Origin: a virus
Taxonomy: Duplodnaviria > Caudoviricetes
Direction: 5' to 3' (one strand)
DNA: 55,276 nucleotides
Virus record (IMG/VR): IMGVR_UViG_3300032322_000863
Location: 1-55,276 of that record
Numbering within the stretch: the stretch's first letter is position 1; each line of letters starts with the position of its first letter. Position numbers and translations under genes: made by a program. Positions 10,253 to 17,011 of the stretch are shown here, piece by piece. The notes under the pieces are model-generated. The model made no database searches and was not told where the DNA came from. It worked only from the letters and a program-made list of their open reading frames with translations.

Positions 10253-10485
10253 TTTTTAAGCGCTTTGTTGATCCGACTGTTCGGATCAGCAGCCGCAGCA
10301 GCGCCAGTTAATTTGCGCTTCATGCCGGTCATTCTAGCACAGAATGACTTCTTTCGCGATCCGCCCTCGGGCTGCGGGCGCTTAATATCGTGGCCGGCTG
10401 CGCGAAGCGACGCGCGGCCCTTCTCATTAAGACCGCCGCTTGGATTTTTGCCTTCAGCGCGGGTCCATGCCGGTGACTTCGCCAT
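10237..10485 (-). CDS. Small basic conserved phage protein (DUF6321-like)
   Basis: EGKNPSGGLNEKGRAS, RKKSFCARM, DPNSRINKALKKWNC. Confidence 0.75.
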   Translation of the reverse strand: MAKSPAWTRAEGKNPSGGLNEKGRASLRAAGHDIKRPQPEGGSRKKSFCARMTGMKRKLTGAAAAADPNSRINKALKKWNCP

Positions 10486-10556
10486 CGCACCCTCCATGCA
10501 AGTGCGGGGGCTCAAAGGCCCCCGCTCCCATTACTGAAACGCAAGGGAGGAAACGC

Positions 10557-10793
10557 TCAGTAGTGGGAAGCCTTGCCGCGAGGCGTGCCGGACGAAGCCG
10601 AGGAGAACACGCCACCACCGCTCTTGCGAGCCGGACGCTCGCAGTCCGCAGCAGAGGACATGACCTTCTTGGACATGCCGCCCTTAGCGTACCCGCCGGC
10701 CATCTTCTTGGCGGCCATGCCGCCCTTCTTGAAGCCGTTGGTCTTCTCTTCGGCTTCCTTGATCGTCGAAGCCTTACCTTTGTAAGCACCCAT
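10557..10793 (-). CDS. Small Lys/Gly-rich protein with repeated xxxGG motifs
   Basis: 78 aa with GGAGG RBS; FKKGG, MAGG, YAKGG, RKSGG. Confidence 0.7.
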   Translation of the reverse strand: MGAYKGKASTIKEAEEKTNGFKKGGMAAKKMAGGYAKGGMSKKVMSSAADCERPARKSGGGVFSSASSGTPRGKASHY

Positions 10794-10805
10794 GGAAGCC
10801 TCCTA

Positions 10806-11261
10806 TTAGGCAGTCAGGTTGCGGGCCTGAACGTAGGTCACGGTGATGACGCCAACGCCAGTGCCAGTGTTTGTTGAGGTGACGACAATTTTGCGATCCG
10901 TCGTGCCAACGTCGATCCAGTTGCCGGCGCGCGTAGCGTCGGTTCCCGGAGTCGCCGAAAGCGGACCAACAGCAGCTCCGTCGAGAGCACCTGCCGCCGT
11001 AAGGAACGTGGCGGAAGCAGTCGTGCCGACGCCGAAGGTCGTCGCCGCACCAGACCAAACAGCCGTCACCATCACATCGATGGAAAGGATCTGGCTGTTC
11101 GCAGGGATCACAATGTCAGTCGCACCAGACGCCTGCGTAACAGCGCTGGACTGCGCCATAACGACGAAGCCAACGTTTGTAACGTCCTGCCCAAGGGTGG
11201 TTCCCGTGGTGTTGAGAATGTCGCCAGCCCTGACGGGGCCGGTGAAAGTAGTAGTGCCCAT
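10806..11261 (-). CDS. Putative minor capsid / decoration protein
   Basis: MGTTTFTGPVRAG start after a GGAGG RBS; beta-rich; directly downstream of the capsid gene. Confidence 0.65.
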   Translation of the reverse strand: MGTTTFTGPVRAGDILNTTGTTLGQDVTNVGFVVMAQSSAVTQASGATDIVIPANSQILSIDVMVTAVWSGAATTFGVGTTASATFLTAAGALDGAAVGPLSATPGTDATRAGNWIDVGTTDRKIVVTSTNTGTGVGVITVTYVQARNLTA

Positions 11262-11267
11262 TTGCAC

Positions 11268-11337
11268 CTCCTGCACGAGAATAACCGCGTTGTCTGTGCA
11301 GCGTCCGCTAGGCCGGTCAACGCGGTTGGGTGCCTAG
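11268..11337 (-). ncRNA. Structured RNA downstream of the capsid gene (candidate Mu-gpT-DE-like element)
   Basis: Stem AACCGCGTTG/CAACGCGGTT. Loop segments CCTAG and TGCAC are complementary to a 5' CTAGG and a 3' GTGCA that abuts the GGAGG RBS. Confidence 0.55.
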
Positions 11338-11363
11338 AAAAAGGCGGGGCTTTTGCCCCGCCT
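11338..11363 (-). terminator. Rho-independent terminator after the capsid gene
   Basis: AGGCGGGGC-AAAA-GCCCCGCCT followed by a T-run on the minus strand. Confidence 0.8.
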
Positions 11364-11370
11364 CGTAGCA

Positions 11371-12276
11371 TCAGGTCGGGAGCGATCCGAAGATCGAGCG
11401 CCAGTTGTAGTAACCGAAGCTGTAACGTTCGTAACCCTTTACGAGAAGGTTATCTGTTACGAAATCAACCTGCATGTCGGTTTCAAAGCCGACGCGCTCC
11501 ATGTAGGAGAGGCCGTCGATGTTGGTCAGCAGGAACCACGCACGGGCCGACGTAAGGTAATCGTTTACCATGTAACCTTCCGGCAGGCCGCCCGAGGTCA
11601 TCATGATAGCGTTCACATCGTTGTCGGCAGTGCCCGGACGCAGCTCCGTCTTCGTCAGACGGATAGCAACCGGCTCAAGCTGCGGCGGGACGATCAAGCG
11701 ACGACCGCGCGCGAAGACCTTCAGGCCAGCCTGATCCTTGAAGTTCGTGCGGATGGCAATCATGCCATTCAGCAGCGTGGCTTCGTTAAGATCGTTGGTG
11801 GCGTAGTTGGAAATCACGCCGCCATCGATGGGATGCGACGCCGACACAAGAGCGACGCCGTCACCGCCAACCGACGCATTGTAGGTCGTTGCAGTGTTCA
11901 GCACGTTAGCGCCGTAGATTTCCTTGGTCTGAGCGAAAGACTCGATCAGGCCGAGGTTCGACGGGGCGAACTGGCTCTTGTAGAGGTTGTCGTCGATGGC
12001 CTTGCGAGTGATCGCGTAGCCAAGACCGATCTCGACGTGCTCTTGGTTGTAGACGTAGCGTTCGCCGGCGCTGTTATCAAACGCCGTCTGACCGCCTTCC
12101 GTCTTCAACTGAGCATAGCCAAGGAAGCGCATCTCAGCGGTGCGCTCCAGAGCCATCTTCGAGTTGTGCTTCGTGAAGATCTTGTCGTACTGCGACGGGA
12201 TCTGCTCGTACTTGCCTTCAATTCCACGGAGACCGGGGAGGAGAAGGTCTTTAATGGCGGAAAGATTAACAGCCAT
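11371..12276 (-). CDS. Major capsid protein (Mu gpT-like, HK97 fold)
   Basis: LLLPGL, KTEGGQTAFD, YAITRKAIDDNLY, SASHP, LIVPPQL, AWFL, ERYSFGYYNWR motifs; 301 aa. Confidence 0.88.
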   Translation of the reverse strand: MAVNLSAIKDLLLPGLRGIEGKYEQIPSQYDKIFTKHNSKMALERTAEMRFLGYAQLKTEGGQTAFDNSAGERYVYNQEHVEIGLGYAITRKAIDDNLYKSQFAPSNLGLIESFAQTKEIYGANVLNTATTYNASVGGDGVALVSASHPIDGGVISNYATNDLNEATLLNGMIAIRTNFKDQAGLKVFARGRRLIVPPQLEPVAIRLTKTELRPGTADNDVNAIMMTSGGLPEGYMVNDYLTSARAWFLLTNIDGLSYMERVGFETDMQVDFVTDNLLVKGYERYSFGYYNWRSIFGSLPT

Positions 12277-12291
12277 AGTAACCTACTCCCC

Positions 12292-12924
12292 TTATGCGAG
12301 GCCAGTCGGGCCAGCACCGTTAGTGCGGCTGGAGGCGTTGTTGAAGGCGACGATCACGCGGTTGTACTCGGACGCCGCATCGGTTCCCTCGGCGGTCGGG
12401 GGCGACTCGATGAGGCCGACAACGATGAACGGATGTGTGACCGTGGTGGCGAGCGTGGCGACGTTCACGGAAGCCGTGGACAGGCCGTTCGCGGTATTGC
12501 CGTTCGGCGTACCCGCAAGGCCAATGCCATACCCGATGTTGACGTACTCGCCGATGTTGGCGAACGCCACAGCAGCAGTGCCGCCGCTGTCCGAGGACTG
12601 AACCTCAAACTGCATCTGCGGGTTGCTGTAAAGATACGCTTCAACATCGCCGTTGGCGTCAGCGCCGGGCCAATAGTTTGACCAGACAGTGCGCTTCAGG
12701 GAGACAGAAACGTACTTGCAGCCCGAAAAAATGCCCTCGCAGCGGACAGTGCCGCCGGCGGACATCTGGGTGATGTACCCAGTCGTCAGGGGGATTACGG
12801 GGTCGCCCTGAAAGATCTTCGTCGTGTTGTCCGACTTGATGTAGCGAGTAGCAAGCTCGTAGGTCGGCGCAGCGCCATTACCACGGTAGGGAATGAAACC
12901 GAAGGGTGCGTTTGTATTCGGCAC
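12292..12924 (-). CDS. Capsid-associated (cement/decoration) protein
   Basis: GTG start after AAGGAGG; NTNAPFGF, IFQGDPV, GIFSGC; immediately upstream of the MCP. Confidence 0.7.
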   Translation of the reverse strand: MPNTNAPFGFIPYRGNGAAPTYELATRYIKSDNTTKIFQGDPVIPLTTGYITQMSAGGTVRCEGIFSGCKYVSVSLKRTVWSNYWPGADANGDVEAYLYSNPQMQFEVQSSDSGGTAAVAFANIGEYVNIGYGIGLAGTPNGNTANGLSTASVNVATLATTVTHPFIVVGLIESPPTAEGTDAASEYNRVIVAFNNASSRTNGAGPTGLA

Positions 12925-13065
12925 GACGGTTCCTCCTTCTTACAGGAAGCTCCGTCACCTCACACCGGGGAGGCTAAGGAAGCAGGGATAAGCTATTCTC
13001 CCGCGCCGGGGGGAGAAATGAGTGCAAGCGCACCCATAAGGCTGATCATAATACTGTTCATTTCT

Positions 13066-13096
13066 GAAAAGTAAAGAGCCGCCCGGAGGCGGCTCT
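13066..13096 (-). terminator. Rho-independent terminator
   Basis: AGAGCCGCC-TCCG-GGCGGCTCT then TTACTTTT on the minus strand. Confidence 0.75.
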
Positions 13097-13111
13097 ACTT
13101 GCTGTCACCAA

Positions 13112-13684
13112 TCAATCTTTGGGGATTGGTATCGCCTCGAAGGATTTATTGATCTTCGGGGCCACCCGCGAGTCGTCTCGGGTCATCGTCCCGTCCGGAG
13201 TTGAGGCAAGCTGCTGCTCCTTTACCCGGACCTGCTGGCGAGCGCGCAGGAGATCCATGCGGCGAACTTCCGCCGAAATCTCGGACGGGCGCTCCATCAG
13301 CACCATGCCCTTGCGCTCAATCGTGCCCTTAGTCCAGTTCTCAGGCATCATCGACCGATGGCGAGCGCAGCGATCAACCGGGACAGGATCCCAGCCCTCG
13401 CGCCTCAACTGGACGGTATAGGCGGGATCTTCCTGATTGAAGATCGTGTGGCGCTTCCACTCGTAGGTCCAGCCGTCCGGAACAATGCTGGGCGGGATGT
13501 AGAACTCATCCGTGCCCTCATCGAGGCCGCCAAGATGTTCGCGGATCTCTTCGGCGCGCTTTCTGGCGCGCTCGCGCGGATCCTCTTCTTTGGGGTTAGC
13601 CCGCAGCGGCGGACGCTCTGGGGCTGCTTCGACGCTGGACGCCGCTTCCTGAAACTTGCTAACGCGAGGCATTCTCATCTCCAA
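13112..13684 (-). CDS. Conserved head-morphogenesis-region protein
   Basis: PDGWTYEWKR, EGWDPV, GMVLMERP; lies between the scaffold and capsid genes. Confidence 0.7.
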   Translation of the reverse strand: MEMRMPRVSKFQEAASSVEAAPERPPLRANPKEEDPRERARKRAEEIREHLGGLDEGTDEFYIPPSIVPDGWTYEWKRHTIFNQEDPAYTVQLRREGWDPVPVDRCARHRSMMPENWTKGTIERKGMVLMERPSEISAEVRRMDLLRARQQVRVKEQQLASTPDGTMTRDDSRVAPKINKSFEAIPIPKD

Positions 13685-13687
13685 GGT

Positions 13688-14575
13688 TTAGAGACGCCCT
13701 TCCTTCTGAAGCAGCATCTTGTTACGGGCGTATTCTTCTTCGGTCATGCCGAGGTCGCGGGCCGTCTCGGCCTCCGCGCGGGTCAGGCGCACCGTGCCGG
13801 GGCGTTGGCCGCTGGCGTTGCCAGCCCTCGTCACTGGGGCGGCGGGAGGCGCAGTACGACGCTGCACCGCCTTGGCCGCCGATGACGTGGCGTCGTCGTC
13901 GCTCTCAGCTTCCTGCTTGGCAGCCGGCGGGCGACGATTGATCTTCAGCGTGTCCTCGACAAAGCTGAAGTAGTCGTCGGTGTCGGGCTGCATTCCGTCC
14001 GCAAGGGCCAGATTGTGGGCCGCCACCATCTTCTGATACATGCGCGGATCGGTGACACAGTTCGGGTTCTTGCGAATCCAATCCGCCGAGCGGGGCGAAA
14101 GCTGGCTTGCTAGAGCCTCGACAGGATTGACCGGATCTGGACGCTGCGGCTTGGGAGCCTGCTCCATGGCCGAGCGGCCCCTTTCAAGCTCCATGAGGCG
14201 CGCAGCGTTGAGCGAAAGCGCCTCTTGGATCTCGGCGGTTTTGCCGTAGTCGCCAACAGACAGCGCCTCGCTGTAGGCACGCTTCAAAACCTCGTTATTG
14301 CCCTTCACAGTCTCGATGGCGTTCTTCACTAGCTGCAAATGGGTGTCATGCACCTCATTGCTGGCGTAGTAAGCCTGCTCTCGGGCCATCTGGGCCTGCT
14401 TTTCGGCCTCCGTACGGGCCATGCGCTCATGTTCCAAGCGCATTTTGAGGTCTTTGATCCCGTCATCGGGCTCAAGTTCCTGTTTTGCCTCTACTTCGAC
14501 CTCTTTTTCGGTCTTTGCGACCTCTGGAGCGTCGTCTTCGACCTCAATTTCAAGCTTTTCGTCGTTGTTGGACAT
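13688..14575 (-). CDS. Putative capsid scaffolding protein
   Basis: Acidic N-terminus, coiled coil, C-terminal VRLTRAEAETARDLGMTEEEYARNK; upstream of the capsid genes. Confidence 0.7.
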   Translation of the reverse strand: MSNNDEKLEIEVEDDAPEVAKTEKEVEVEAKQELEPDDGIKDLKMRLEHERMARTEAEKQAQMAREQAYYASNEVHDTHLQLVKNAIETVKGNNEVLKRAYSEALSVGDYGKTAEIQEALSLNAARLMELERGRSAMEQAPKPQRPDPVNPVEALASQLSPRSADWIRKNPNCVTDPRMYQKMVAAHNLALADGMQPDTDDYFSFVEDTLKINRRPPAAKQEAESDDDATSSAAKAVQRRTAPPAAPVTRAGNASGQRPGTVRLTRAEAETARDLGMTEEEYARNKMLLQKEGRL

Positions 14576-14582
14576 GTTTTCC

Positions 14583-14975
14583 TCACCAAACCTGATCGGG
14601 ATGCTCGATACGAGCGCGCACCGACATGTCGTCGAGCATCCGGCAGAGCGTGCCGTTCACCGTGATGTTCCAACCGTCAGACGGGCGGAACACAATCCAG
14701 TCGCCTTCCTTGATTTCGAGGCCGGAAAACCATTCTCCGTCCTTATCAACAAAGGCTGTCGGGCCTTTCCTGATGATCAGGCCCACTTTTGACTGGTAGC
14801 GGTCCTCGTCACGGGCCCTGTCGGACAGAAAGAGGCCGCTTTTGGTCTTCTCGGGGCGGATGTAGACCGCCACAAGCACTTGCATGTTGAAGACCTCAAT
14901 CTTGGAGATGTCCCCAACCTGCTCCAGAAGAACTTCCTTTGGATCCTTCTCGTGCAACATCGCGATGTTAGACAT
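14583..14975 (-). CDS. GroES/Cpn10-like co-chaperonin
   Basis: QVLV..PEKTKSGLFL, VGLIIRKGP.A, IKEGDWIVF, RMLDD. Confidence 0.8.
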   Translation of the reverse strand: MSNIAMLHEKDPKEVLLEQVGDISKIEVFNMQVLVAVYIRPEKTKSGLFLSDRARDEDRYQSKVGLIIRKGPTAFVDKDGEWFSGLEIKEGDWIVFRPSDGWNITVNGTLCRMLDDMSVRARIEHPDQVW

Positions 14976-14989
14976 TTTGTCTCCCTTTA

Positions 14990-15211
14990 TTACTGCCGAC
15001 CGAACTCTTTTCGGTTGCAGCTATCTTCAGCCAAGCTGAAAAGTTCGTCCTTTACTAGCCGGAGGCCAGTAATTACCCCAACTTTGTGTCGGTAATCGAC
15101 GAAATCAACCACGCCCATGCCTGTGCCAAGACTTTCTGTCCTCTCTTTGATCTCTTGTTCGATGATTTTTCTAAGTTCATGCGCGAAATACGCGCTGAAC
15201 GTCTGCGCCAT
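14990..15211 (-). CDS. Small conserved head-region protein
   Basis: DFVDYRHKVGVITGL; GGGAG RBS; typical position before phage GroES. Confidence 0.65.
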   Translation of the reverse strand: MAQTFSAYFAHELRKIIEQEIKERTESLGTGMGVVDFVDYRHKVGVITGLRLVKDELFSLAEDSCNRKEFGRQ

Positions 15212-15228
15212 CGCCAATCTCCCCTTGA

Positions 15229-15266
15229 AAAGGTAAGGGGCGGCTGAGTACCGAACCAGCCGCCCC
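15229..15266 (-). terminator. Putative terminator hairpin
   Basis: GGGGCGGCTG..CAGCCGCCCC followed by TTACCTTTT on the minus strand. Confidence 0.55.
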
Positions 15267-15272
15267 CGTTTA

Positions 15273-16736
15273 TCAGCTCTTGCGCGCTTGGATTTCCGTC
15301 TTTTCTAAGCGCCCAAGCCCTGATCCTGCGCCCGCGTCCATATCCTTGTAGGAGCGGTAAACTTTTCCGCCGGCCTTGCGCGCCTCGCGCTTGCCTTCGG
15401 CAATCTCGGTCTTCTGCATGCGGCCCTCGCCGGATCCAGCGCCAGCCGTCATGTCCTTGTAGGACTTGGCGACAGTACGACCGCCGGTCTTACGGCCCAT
15501 GGGGGCGGGCATCCCCGGAGGGGCCGGGGGCATGGGCATTCCGCCCATCGGAGGGGCCGGAGGCATGCCACCCGGAGCGCCGCCCGGAAGGGGCACGGGC
15601 ACGCCCGGAGGCGGCATGGGCGGGCCACCAGCACCCTGCATCGTCTCGGGGCCGGCGGGCTTGCCAGCGCCAATGATGATGTTGATGTTGGTCTTGCCCT
15701 TGGCGCGACCGCCAGACTTGCGAGCCTTGCGGCCCTCGTCCTTGTCCTTGCCGCCCATCTCGCCCATGGCCATGGCCGGGAGGACACCGCCCATGAGAGC
15801 GCCGCCGCCGAGCTTCTTGGCGCGACCGCCGTTCTTCTTGCCGTCGCCGTCGTCTTTGTCCTTAAGCGACTTGGCAAGGTTGATGCCCATCGCGAGCGGA
15901 CTAAGCATCGAGAGCGCGCCACCAAGGTCTTTACCGGTGCGACCGCCCTTCTTGTACGGCGTGCCCTGAGCCCCGGAAAACTCCATGGCCTTCGGCTTCA
16001 CCATGTTCATGCGCGGATCGCCCATCGGACCGCCCATCATCTTCTCGGCGCGACCGCCCTTCTTGTAGTGCTGGGCCTTTCCGCGCGTCGGCTTAGAGGC
16101 GGCGGCCTGCTCCTTCTGGATCTTCTCCTGCCCGGCGAGGGTGGTGGCGATCTTGCCGCCGTCCTTGCGCGCCGTGCGACCGCCAGACTTGCGGCTGCGC
16201 ATGAAGGCCGCAGCCTCTTCTGCGCTCATGGTGGACGTGTCCATGGGCGGCTTCGAGGTCGAGGGCTTCGGCTTTGCAGGCGCTGCGTTCTGAGCAGCCT
16301 CAAGCTTGCGACGGTAGTCAGCATCCGTCATGCGGTTGAGCTGGCGAACGTTGCCGCCATCCTGCTTCTTGGCTCGCCCGCCAGACTTCAGGCCACCAAT
16401 GTGCTTGATGCCCTCGCGCTCTTGATTGGCCGCCTTGGCGTCGCGGTTGATCTTCGCCTTGGCGTACTCTGCCGCCTCGGCCTTCTCTTCGGCCATCGCC
16501 TTGCCGCCAGCCTTACGCTGCGCACGACCAAGGTTCTTCGGGGCGCTCGCGCCCTCGACCTTGCCGCCAGACTTGTACGCCCGGCGAGAGATCGGGCGCA
16601 TGCCCGTCTTCACTTCCGCGTTGAGCGGCTCGGCGGGCGACCAGTCAGAGCTATCGACCTTCTGATCCTTCTCACCAGCGAGCTTTCGGGCCTTGCCCTT
16701 CATCGCCTCGCGGGCCTTCTTTGCCATGTCAGACAT
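15273..16736 (-). CDS. Disordered Lys/Gly/Met/Pro-rich protein with about 15 xxxGG motifs
   Basis: YKSGG, RKAGG, RKSGG, RKDGG, YKKGG and others; C-terminal duplicated SYKDMxAGAGSGxGRxxKTEI. Confidence 0.8.
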   Translation of the reverse strand: MSDMAKKAREAMKGKARKLAGEKDQKVDSSDWSPAEPLNAEVKTGMRPISRRAYKSGGKVEGASAPKNLGRAQRKAGGKAMAEEKAEAAEYAKAKINRDAKAANQEREGIKHIGGLKSGGRAKKQDGGNVRQLNRMTDADYRRKLEAAQNAAPAKPKPSTSKPPMDTSTMSAEEAAAFMRSRKSGGRTARKDGGKIATTLAGQEKIQKEQAAASKPTRGKAQHYKKGGRAEKMMGGPMGDPRMNMVKPKAMEFSGAQGTPYKKGGRTGKDLGGALSMLSPLAMGINLAKSLKDKDDGDGKKNGGRAKKLGGGALMGGVLPAMAMGEMGGKDKDEGRKARKSGGRAKGKTNINIIIGAGKPAGPETMQGAGGPPMPPPGVPVPLPGGAPGGMPPAPPMGGMPMPPAPPGMPAPMGRKTGGRTVAKSYKDMTAGAGSGEGRMQKTEIAEGKREARKAGGKVYRSYKDMDAGAGSGLGRLEKTEIQARKS

Positions 16737-16770
16737 GCACGTCACTCCGGAGTTGACGGGGCGTCCCCCG

Positions 16771-16799
16771 TTGCCTTTTGGCGGGGAGAAATATACACT
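16771..16799 (+). promoter_or_regulatory. Sigma70-like promoter for the antisense 59-aa gene
   Basis: TTGCCT-N17-TACACT, followed by a GGAG RBS and ATG at 16832. Confidence 0.55.
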
Positions 16800-16831
16800 G
16801 GGAAGCCGATATTACGAAATGGAGATGAAAT

Positions 16832-17011
16832 ATGAGCCACTCTGAAGACAAGAATAGATCCGAATTGAGAGACGATATTATGGACCTCGTCCTCTCAATC
16901 TATTTTATCGCAGCAGAACAGAAGGGGTGGACAGAGCCACCCCCCGAAGTTGAAAGGACGATGCACGAGATATTTGAGCTCGTGTCAGTCGGGGTCGGCC
17001 TCAAGGAATGA
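16832..17011 (+). CDS. 59-aa acidic helical protein convergent with the polyvalent gene (candidate immunity/antidote)
   Basis: MSHSEDKNRSELRDDIMDLVLSIYFIAAEQKGWTEPPPEVERTMHEIFELVSVGVGLKE; has RBS and promoter; below the ORF-track length cutoff. Confidence 0.6.
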   Translation: MSHSEDKNRSELRDDIMDLVLSIYFIAAEQKGWTEPPPEVERTMHEIFELVSVGVGLKE

